Shown here in pieces: positions 54,968-64,000 of a stretch of 64,000 nt of DNA. The translations under genes were made by a program, and so were the position numbers. Source of the DNA: an uncultured Chloroflexia bacterium (GTDB lineage: Bacteria > Chloroflexota > Limnocylindria > Limnocylindrales > CSP1-4); NCBI GenBank assembly GCA_963828165.1, contig CAWHDR010000001.1, forward strand, positions 1,824,001-1,888,000, written 5' to 3'. How positions within the stretch are numbered: the first letter of the stretch is position 1; each line of letters opens with the position of its first letter. The notes beneath the pieces were generated by a model. It did no database searches and was not told the DNA's origin. It worked only from the letters and a program-made list of their open reading frames with translations.

Positions 54968-56038
54968 TTGGCGCGTCGAAACCGACGACCACTCGGCCCC
55001 CTGGACCTCCGCTCCCAAGCGATCCTTCGGGCCGTCATCGAGGAATACGTCACGACGGCACAGCCCGTCGGAAGCCAGGCGCTCGTCGAGCGCTACGGTC
55101 TCGGCGTGTCCAGCGCGACCGTGCGAAGCATCCTCGCGGAGCTCGAAGCGGCCGGGCTTCTGACCCACCCGCACACCAGCGCCGGGCGCATGCCCACGGA
55201 CGCCGGCTACCGCTTCTACGTGGAATCGATCGTCGATGCCGTGCCGCTGCCGGCGGTCGAGCAGCTGATGATCCGCCACCAGTTCGGCCAGGTCGAGTTC
55301 GCGAGTGAGCACTGGTTCCGCCTCGCGGCGACGACGCTTGCCGGGTTGACGCGTTCCGCTGGCCTGGCCACCCCCGCCAAGCCCCGCACCGCGCACATCC
55401 GCCGCGTCGACCTGGTCGCGGTCAACGAGCGGATGGCGAGCCTGATCCTGGTGCTCCGTGAGGGCGGCATCAAGCAGGCGGTCGTGAGCCTGGACGAGGC
55501 CGAACCGGTCGATCAGCCGACCTTGAACCGCGTCGCCGGTCTGCTCAACGAGCAGCTGACCGACGCGACGGGCAGCCGCGCCGCGACGATCATCGCCCGG
55601 CTTTCGGAAGACGATTCGATCGAGCGCCTGGCGCGACGCGTCGGCGAGCGGATCGTGCGAATCCTCAACGAATACGACGCTGCCTCGGTCGAGGAGGTCT
55701 TCAGCGACGGGCTCCTCAACGTCATGGAGGCCCCGGAGTTCGCCCACAGCGACAAACTCCGCCAGGTCTTCTCGGCGCTCGAGAACCGAGCCTACCTTGG
55801 CGAGCTCGTCGGGAGCGTCGCCGGGTCGGGCACCATCCACATCCTGATCGGCGCGGAGAACCCGCGCGCCGAGATGCACGACGTCTCGCTGGTGCTGGCG
55901 CCCTACGGCCGCGCGGGCCAGGCCATCGGCGTGGTCGGGGTCCTCGGTCCCACGCGCATGAGCTACTCCCAGGCCATCGGCACGGTTCGCTTCGTGTCGG
56001 GCCTCATGAACGAACTGGTGGATCACCTCTATGCCTAG
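54968..56038 (+). CDS. hrcA: Heat-inducible transcription repressor
   Basis: ILRAVIEEYV, PVGS, SSATVRS, PHTSAGRMPTDAGYRFYV, VLGPTRMSY. Confidence 0.97.
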   Translation: MARRNRRPLGPLDLRSQAILRAVIEEYVTTAQPVGSQALVERYGLGVSSATVRSILAELEAAGLLTHPHTSAGRMPTDAGYRFYVESIVDAVPLPAVEQLMIRHQFGQVEFASEHWFRLAATTLAGLTRSAGLATPAKPRTAHIRRVDLVAVNERMASLILVLREGGIKQAVVSLDEAEPVDQPTLNRVAGLLNEQLTDATGSRAATIIARLSEDDSIERLARRVGERIVRILNEYDAASVEEVFSDGLLNVMEAPEFAHSDKLRQVFSALENRAYLGELVGSVAGSGTIHILIGAENPRAEMHDVSLVLAPYGRAGQAIGVVGVLGPTRMSYSQAIGTVRFVSGLMNELVDHLYA

Positions 56039-56612
56039 CCATCGCACCCGCGCCCAGGAGCGCGCCGACGAGATCGACATCAGCCCCACCCGGCTGCTGG
56101 CGGAGATCGAGGCCCTCAACGCACAGGCCGACGCCTCCCGCGTCCAGGCCGACGAATACCTCAACGCGCTGCAGCGTGAGCGTGCGGAGTTCCTCAACTT
56201 CAAGCGCCGTACCGCCGAGGAGCGCCAGCGTGACCTCGGGCTCGCCGCCGAGGACCTCATTCGCAAGGTCCTGAACCTCGCGGACGATTTCGACCGGGCC
56301 ATCGAGGCCCGACCGGAGTCGATCGCCGCGGACCCCTGGTTCGAGGGTGTCAGCGTCATCGATCGCAAGCTGCGCCAGCTCCTCGAGAGCGAGGGCGTGA
56401 GCGCCATCGATGCGACACCAGGTACACCGTTCGATCCGCGCGACCACGAGGCCATCGCCAACGTTCCCGGAACCGATCGCCCCGAGGGCGAGATCGTGGA
56501 GCAGATCCGGCGGGGCTATCGGTTGCGAGATCGCGTCCTGCGGCCCGCCCTCGTGGCCGTCGCCGCAGGTTCCGGTCCTACCGGCGCCAACCCAGACGAA
56601 CCCATTTCCTGA
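56031..56612 (+). CDS. grpE: Nucleotide exchange factor GrpE
   Basis: AEFLNFKRR, DDFDRA, FDPRDHEAI, GYRLRDRVLRPALVAV. Confidence 0.96.
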   Translation: MPSHRTRAQERADEIDISPTRLLAEIEALNAQADASRVQADEYLNALQRERAEFLNFKRRTAEERQRDLGLAAEDLIRKVLNLADDFDRAIEARPESIAADPWFEGVSVIDRKLRQLLESEGVSAIDATPGTPFDPRDHEAIANVPGTDRPEGEIVEQIRRGYRLRDRVLRPALVAVAAGSGPTGANPDEPIS

Positions 56613-56657
56613 CCCCAGATTTCCGAACCCCAACCGAGCGAGGAGCACACACAACCC

Positions 56658-58613
<1,956 letters not shown>

Positions 58614-58637
58614 GCCCCTCCAGTCGTCGCAGATCTG

Positions 58638-58672
58638 GTACCGCCCGGACCATCTGGCCCGGGCGGTACTTC
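58638..58672 (+). terminator. Terminator-like hairpin after dnaK
   Basis: GTACCGCCCGG...CCGGGCGGTAC followed by TT. Confidence 0.65.
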
Positions 58673-58764
58673 GATGTCCGCCCACGCCCGCGAACTCCTG
58701 GTGGCACCCCCGCTCACTAGACTGCGTGGGTGCCGCACCGCAACCGACCTGATCACGGCCGCCG

Positions 58765-60198
58765 ATGACGCTCAAGGGGCGTCGGCCGGGCGACCGTCGC
58801 GTCAGGGTCGAACGGGCCCGGCCCATGGAGTTCCGGATCGCGCCGCCGCGGCGGGTGCGCCGGCCCCGCTCGCCATCTGCGGTCCTCGTCTCGGGCTTTG
58901 CCGTCGTGATCGCGGTGGGTGCCGTGTTGCTGGCGCTGCCCGTCTCGTCCGCGGCGGGGACCTGGACGCCGCCGCTGGACGCGTTGTTCAGCTCCACCTC
59001 GGCCGTGTGCGTGACCGGGCTCGCGCTCGTCGACACGGGGACCTACTGGTCGCCGTTCGGCCAGCTCGTCCTGCTCGTGCTGATGCAGCTCGGCGGGTTC
59101 GGCTTCATGACCGGTTCGACGCTGTTGCTGCTCCTCCTCGTCGGGCGGCGCACCGCCCTGCGTGACCGGATCCTGGCGCAGGCGTCGACGGGCGTCGCGG
59201 AGCTCGGCAGTGTCACTGGCATCATCCGCCGCGTCGCGATCTTCACCCTGATCGCCGAGGTCGCGGGAGTGCTCGTCCTGACCGTCGCGTTCGTGGCGGG
59301 CGACTACGCGGCCGACCCGATCCAGGCGATCTGGTGGGGGATCTTCCACTCGATCTCCGCCTTCAACAACGGGGGCCTGGACCTGTTCGGTGGCTACCGG
59401 AGCCTGGCCGGCTTCGTCGGCGACCCCCTCGTCCTGTTCACCCTTGGCGTGCTGATCCTCCTGGGCAGCCTCGGTTTCGCGATCGTCGGCGACATCGCGG
59501 CCAAGCGACGCTGGCGGCGGCTGGCGCTCGAAACGCGGGTGGTCGTCCTCACGACCCTCGCGATCCTTGCCGTCGGGACCGCATCGCTCGCCATCTTCGA
59601 GTGGTCCAATCCGGCCACCCTCGGCGCCCTGCCGGAGAGCGCCCGGCCGTTCAACGCGCTGTTCGAGACCACGACCCTTCGGACGGCCGGCTTCAGCACC
59701 TTCCCGACGGCCCAGCTGCGCGACCCGACCCTGTTCATCGTCATGGCGATGATGTTCATCGGCGGCGCGTCGGGGTCGACGGCGGGAGGGATCAAGGTGA
59801 ACACCTTCAGCGTGCTGCTCATCGCGATCGTATCGACGGTCCGTGGACGTCCGTCCGCGGAGGCGCTCGGTCGCCGGATCCCGCACGAGATCGTCTATCG
59901 CGCGTTGTCCGTGGCGCTCCTGTCGATCGCGTTCATCTTCGTCGTGGCCCTGAGCCTGGAGCTCACGACGCCGCCCGGCATCTCGTTCGTGGCCATCGTC
60001 TTCGAGTCCATCTCGGCGTTCGCGACCGTCGGTGCCTCCACCGGCATCACCCCCGACCTGCCACCGCTCGCACGGGCCCTCTTGATCCCCGCGATGTTCG
60101 CGGGGCGCCTGGGGCCGCTGACGCTGGTCCTGGCGCTCGCGGCGCGCGCGAGGCCCGTGCCGTATCGCCCAGCCGCCGAGACGATGCGCATCGGATGA
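58765..60198 (+). CDS. Ktr/Trk potassium uptake membrane subunit (KtrB/TrkH)
   Basis: SAVCVTGL, SAFNNGG, RTAGF, SGSTAGGIK, SAFATVG pore motifs. Confidence 0.93.
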   Translation: MTLKGRRPGDRRVRVERARPMEFRIAPPRRVRRPRSPSAVLVSGFAVVIAVGAVLLALPVSSAAGTWTPPLDALFSSTSAVCVTGLALVDTGTYWSPFGQLVLLVLMQLGGFGFMTGSTLLLLLLVGRRTALRDRILAQASTGVAELGSVTGIIRRVAIFTLIAEVAGVLVLTVAFVAGDYAADPIQAIWWGIFHSISAFNNGGLDLFGGYRSLAGFVGDPLVLFTLGVLILLGSLGFAIVGDIAAKRRWRRLALETRVVVLTTLAILAVGTASLAIFEWSNPATLGALPESARPFNALFETTTLRTAGFSTFPTAQLRDPTLFIVMAMMFIGGASGSTAGGIKVNTFSVLLIAIVSTVRGRPSAEALGRRIPHEIVYRALSVALLSIAFIFVVALSLELTTPPGISFVAIVFESISAFATVGASTGITPDLPPLARALLIPAMFAGRLGPLTLVLALAARARPVPYRPAAETMRIG

Positions 60199-60235
60199 GC
60201 CACGCTACGACCCACCACCCGGAGGAATCCCAGCC

Positions 60236-60880
60236 ATGAAGCCATCGGTCCTCGTCGTCGGTCTGGGGCGGTTCGGGACGGCCGCCGCCCTCGAGCTCAT
60301 GACCCTCGGCCACGAGGTCCTCGCGCTCGACCGGGACGAGGCGACCGTCAACGAGATCGCGCCGGAGGTCACGCATGCCGCGCAGCTCGATGCGACCGAC
60401 GAAGGCGCCCTGAGGTCCGTCGGCGCCGGCGACTTCGAGTTCGCGATCGTCGCGATCAGCAGTGCGACCGACGCGAGCATCTTCGCGACGATGGCGCTCA
60501 AGAACCTGGGCGTCACCCAGGTCATCGCCAAGGCAGCGACCAGGTTGCACGGCACGATCCTCGAGCGCATCGGCGCCGACCGCGTGATCTATGCCGAGAA
60601 GGAGATGGGCGAACGGGTCGCGCACTCGCTGACGATCGCCGGCGTGCTGGAGTACCTCGACGTGGCCCCGCGCTTCGGGATCATCAAGATCCGTCCGCCC
60701 GCGGCCTGGGTCGGCCGGTCGCTCAAGGAGCTCGACCTCGGGACTGCGCAGATCAGCCCGGTGGCGCTGCGACGTGGAGCGGACGTGACGGTCAATCCGC
60801 CACGCGACACCGTGATCGAGGCCAAGGACGAGCTCATCCTCCTGGGCCGCGACGAGCAGCTTCAGCGGATCGGCCGCTGA
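60236..60880 (+). CDS. Ktr/Trk potassium uptake RCK subunit (KtrA/TrkA)
   Basis: VVGLGRFG, LDATDE, IGADRVI, C-terminal RCK_C. Confidence 0.93.
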   Translation: MKPSVLVVGLGRFGTAAALELMTLGHEVLALDRDEATVNEIAPEVTHAAQLDATDEGALRSVGAGDFEFAIVAISSATDASIFATMALKNLGVTQVIAKAATRLHGTILERIGADRVIYAEKEMGERVAHSLTIAGVLEYLDVAPRFGIIKIRPPAAWVGRSLKELDLGTAQISPVALRRGADVTVNPPRDTVIEAKDELILLGRDEQLQRIGR

Positions 60881-60886
60881 GACGGG

Positions 60887-62290
60887 TCAGCCCAGGAACA
60901 GGTCCAGACCCGGTGCCACGACGCCCGCGATCAGGACCACGGTGTAGCCCGCCAGGAGCAGCAGCCCGGCCATCAGGTGGAGCTGGACGTTCGCGCCCAT
61001 GATCGCCATGAGCCCGTACGGATTGTCGTAGTTCGGGGCGAGTCCCCGTGATACGCGGCGCGCGAGCGGGATCGTCAGCAGCATCAGCAGCGTCGGCACC
61101 GGCAGGATGCCCGCGACGACGCCGACGACGAGGGCGACGAACGCCGCGGTGACCGCGACGTTGTAACCACCGATCACGGCCCCCCGCGAGAACCGCACGG
61201 GCAGTGTCCGCTTGCCGGCCTGCGCGTCACCGCGCCGGTCCGGGATCTCATTGACGTACAGGATCAGCGCAACGAGGAGCGCCACGGGGATCGAGGCGAC
61301 GAACGGCTCCCAGGCCAGCGCACCACGTGTCTGGACCACATACGCGCCCAGCAGCATCATCGGGCCGAAGCCCAATGCCACCGCCACCTCGCCAAGGCCG
61401 CGATACACGAATTTCAGCGGTGGCGCCGTGTAACCGAGGCTGACGATGAACCCGACGACGCCGATGACGAGCAGCGCGGTCGAGCCGCGGGTCGCGAGCA
61501 GGACCAGCCCGATGACGCCGGCCAGGACGTAGAAGACCGTCGCGAGCCCGGCCATCTGGCGGAGGGACACGAGTCCGTACTGGATGACCCGGGAGCCGCC
61601 GCTGAACTTGGTCGGGGTGACGTTCGCGTCGTCCGCGCCCTGGACCGTATCGAATACGTCGTTGGCGACGTTGAGTCCGAGCTGGACGAACGCCGCGCCG
61701 ATGACGGTGAGTGCGGCCGCCACGAGGTCGAAGGCGCCGTGGCTCGCGGCGATGAGGATGCCGAGGACGACCGGGATGATCGTCGCGGTCAGGAACGGCA
61801 ACCTGGTCGTGCGCAGGGTCAGGAATCCGAACGACAGCGTGGGCTTGACGGGCGTGCCGCGCTCCGCGGACAGCGCGTCGAAGTAGCGGCGTGACTGGGG
61901 CAGGGAGCGCTCGGAGTATTCGAAGAATGGGACCTCTGCCTCGTCCCAGCCCCACGCGCTGTTGCCGGTCAACGTGATGGCGTCGTCCCCGGCCGCGGCG
62001 CGGCCCCACACCGTCACGTGCCGCCGCTCGTCGTAGCCGTAGCCCGGCTGCGGGTGGATATGGGAGCCGGTCAGCGAGACCGGACGATCGGCGGGGACCG
62101 TGAGTCCGGACGGTGGCGCGAACGTGGCCGTCAGGCCCGCCGGATCGACGGCCGCGTCGACGACGACGCTCACCGGGTAACCGGTGTCGTCGACCCACGT
62201 GGCGATCTGATACGGGTACGTGGCGAGCTTCTCGAAGCCCGCGCGCGCATCGAGCTCGGGGGTGCTGCGACCCTCCGCGACGACCGTCAT
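60887..62290 (-). CDS. MenA-like UbiA-family prenyltransferase with N-terminal split-barrel-like domain
   Basis: NVANDVFD..GAD, GGSRVI, YTAPPLK..YRGLGE, NEIPDRRGDAQAGKRTL; about 155-aa soluble N-terminal domain. Confidence 0.85.
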   Translation of the reverse strand: MTVVAEGRSTPELDARAGFEKLATYPYQIATWVDDTGYPVSVVVDAAVDPAGLTATFAPPSGLTVPADRPVSLTGSHIHPQPGYGYDERRHVTVWGRAAAGDDAITLTGNSAWGWDEAEVPFFEYSERSLPQSRRYFDALSAERGTPVKPTLSFGFLTLRTTRLPFLTATIIPVVLGILIAASHGAFDLVAAALTVIGAAFVQLGLNVANDVFDTVQGADDANVTPTKFSGGSRVIQYGLVSLRQMAGLATVFYVLAGVIGLVLLATRGSTALLVIGVVGFIVSLGYTAPPLKFVYRGLGEVAVALGFGPMMLLGAYVVQTRGALAWEPFVASIPVALLVALILYVNEIPDRRGDAQAGKRTLPVRFSRGAVIGGYNVAVTAAFVALVVGVVAGILPVPTLLMLLTIPLARRVSRGLAPNYDNPYGLMAIMGANVQLHLMAGLLLLAGYTVVLIAGVVAPGLDLFLG

Positions 62291-62772
62291 GACACGGCCT
62301 CCGTCGTCAGGCTCGTGACCTCCGGCGGACGCTGGCCATCGCCGTCGGACCAGTACAGGACGCGACGCGGCTCGATCTCGATGAGCGCCCGCTCGAAGAA
62401 CAGCGGCAGCGCCACGCGCTGCTTGAGGAACGCGACGATCGCCGGTTCCTTGGCCGACCAGATCGGCATCAGCCGCTCCCATCCGCCGTGCGGGTCGTCG
62501 GCGATGACGCGGGCATCGCCCTGGATCGTGGCTCGGTCGGTCCGGCCGCCGACGCTGACGGGGTCGGTGATCGAGACCGCGACCTTCGTGTTGGCGTCGA
62601 TGTGCTCGAGCTTGCGGCTGAACAGCGTCGAGGAGGTCATGTACACGCGCTCGCCGTCGTACAGCGGGATGAGCGGGTAGGTGACCGGGCGGCCCTTGCC
62701 GTCGATGACGGTGAGCTCTGCGACGAGTGCTCGATCGAGCAGCTCGGCGACGGGGATGGGCATGGTGGCCAT
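62287..62772 (-). CDS. Pyridoxamine 5'-phosphate oxidase-like split beta-barrel (flavin/F420-binding) protein
   Basis: LTVIDGKGRPVTYP, SRKLEHIDANTKVAVSI, TIQGDARV; AGGAG RBS. Confidence 0.82.
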   Translation of the reverse strand: MATMPIPVAELLDRALVAELTVIDGKGRPVTYPLIPLYDGERVYMTSSTLFSRKLEHIDANTKVAVSITDPVSVGGRTDRATIQGDARVIADDPHGGWERLMPIWSAKEPAIVAFLKQRVALPLFFERALIEIEPRRVLYWSDGDGQRPPEVTSLTTEAVS

Positions 62773-62807
62773 GGATGGCTCCTGGTAAGGCGTTGTGTCG
62801 AGTTCAC

Positions 62808-62839
62808 ATCATACCGCATCTGCTACCTGTGTGTAGCAG
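62808..62839 (-). promoter_or_regulatory. Promoter -10 and palindromic operator-like site
   Basis: TATGAT on the minus strand (62808-62813); CTGCTAC-N6-GTAGCAG at 62820-62839. Confidence 0.5.
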
Positions 62840-62853
62840 GTTTTACAAATGGT

Positions 62854-62884
62854 GGTGCCCAGCCTCACCGCGAGACTGGGCACC
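62854..62884 (-). terminator. Terminator-like hairpin
   Basis: GGTGCCCAG...CTGGGCACC downstream of the 62929-63555 gene. Confidence 0.55.
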
Positions 62885-62928
62885 CGTGCGATCCCGACCG
62901 GCCCCCAAGCCGGACCGGGGACGCGAGG

Positions 62929-63555
62929 TCAGGCGAGCGCGTCGCAGATCGGTCGCAGCGCGTCCACGTCACCATGTAGGAAGTAGTCGTCGAAATGATG
63001 CGGGCCACCGGAGTGGATCAGCATGTCCGTCGCGACGTCGATCACCAGCTTGCCCGCGTCGACGAGCACTGACCGGCCGCCCGGCACGGATACCCGGATC
63101 GCCTGCCCGCTGATGGTCAGTCGACCGGCCGCCTCGTCGCCCGGGACACCCAGGACGTGGTCGACCGTGTCGTGTGCGATCCAGTCGAGCGTCTGTCCGG
63201 ACGTCGGGTCCGTGAGGACGCCCGCGTAGGCCTCGCGATAGTGGCGCCGCTCGAGGTTGCCGCCCGCGTCGTAGAACCGCTTGCCGACGACGGACCGCGT
63301 CTGCGACACGAGGAGCTCGGTGCCGTCGCAGAAGATGGCGCTCGGCTCGTTGGCGAGCGGCGGATCACTGAACGCCAGGTTGCAGAGGATGCCTGAGCCG
63401 ACACGCTCGCACGTCGCGTTGAATCCGGCGGGCGGAGGTGGGTTGAGCGTGTTGGGATCGACGGGCTCCTTGGCCGCGACCGGCGCGACCAGCACGAGCG
63501 TCGCGACAGTGACCACCACGACCGATCGGGCGATGCGAATGATCGATGCGTCCAT
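62929..63555 (-). CDS. Hypothetical secreted protein
   Basis: AAGGAGAGGAG RBS; signal peptide ending APVAA; four Cys. Confidence 0.72.
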   Translation of the reverse strand: MDASIIRIARSVVVVTVATLVLVAPVAAKEPVDPNTLNPPPPAGFNATCERVGSGILCNLAFSDPPLANEPSAIFCDGTELLVSQTRSVVGKRFYDAGGNLERRHYREAYAGVLTDPTSGQTLDWIAHDTVDHVLGVPGDEAAGRLTISGQAIRVSVPGGRSVLVDAGKLVIDVATDMLIHSGGPHHFDDYFLHGDVDALRPICDALA

Positions 63556-63671
63556 GCTCCTCTCCTTCCAGGACCCGGTGTCGTCGGGCTGTCCGACCGG
63601 CCCTACGTATGAAGGCGACGAACATCCAGCGAATCGTTCCGTTTCGGCACGGCGCGGTACCATGCGCCCCC

Positions 63672-64000
63672 ATGACTGAAACGCTCGCGCCGGCGAGTGC
63701 GCCCGAGGTCGGCGCGTCGCCGGCCCCCGAACCGCTCATCCACGCCCGCGGGCTGACCAAGCGCTTCGGCGAGTTGACTGCGGTCGACGGCATCGACTTC
63801 GATGTCGCCCCGGGAGAGTCCTTCGGGTTCCTCGGCCCCAACGGCGCCGGCAAGACCTCGGCCATGCGGATGATCGGCTGCGTCTCGCCGATGTCCGCCG
63901 GGACGCTGCAAGTCCTCGGGATGGACCCGATCGCGGACGGGCCTCGCATCCGGGCTCGACTCGGGGTCGTGCCGCAGCAGGACACGCTCGACACCGAGCT
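63672..64000 (+). CDS. ABC transporter ATP-binding protein (NodI/DrrA-like), 3' truncated by window
   Basis: Manual translation: LTKRFGELTAVDGIDFDV..GFLGPNGAGKTS..LGVVPQQDTLD. Confidence 0.9.
   Translation, partial: MTETLAPASAPEVGASPAPEPLIHARGLTKRFGELTAVDGIDFDVAPGESFGFLGPNGAGKTSAMRMIGCVSPMSAGTLQVLGMDPIADGPRIRARLGVVPQQDTLDTE

Noticed and set aside
58614-58764. c-di-AMP (ydaO) riboswitch before the K+ transporter
   Set aside because: No recognisable consensus; the space is taken up by the dnaK terminator and a probable promoter

Overview
A very GC-rich bacterial chromosome segment. The gene content, GAAC-N4-GTTC LexA boxes and CIRCE/hrcA fit a Chloroflexota-like (possibly Limnocylindria-like) genome; this taxonomy is inferred, not tested. 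Most of the window is core genome: obg-nadD-rsfS, holA-HD-comEC-comEA, leuS, two tRNA-Ala genes, udp, gap-pgk-eno, rpsT, lepA, hemW, CIRCE-hrcA-grpE-dnaK, a Ktr/Trk K+ transporter and a MenA-like prenyltransferase. I see no integrase, transposase, prophage or CRISPR array. About nine apparent single-base frameshifts, including one in enolase, suggest long-read indel errors. The most unusual region is a split, LexA-boxed imuA-imuB-(small ORF)...dnaE2 mutagenesis locus. It is interrupted by two unannotated small membrane peptides and a ~300-nt highly structured intergenic element with complementary (kissing) loops, and a second structured element lies upstream of imuA. Also notable: two GTAACC-N18-GGTTAC operators beside a CGNR zinc-finger regulator; a split-barrel-MenA fusion paired with a second split-barrel gene; histone-H1-like tails on both PGK and S20; an M14 peptidase with two inserted repeat domains; a lamin-tail/multi-OB-fold surface protein; and widespread leaderless-type promoters.
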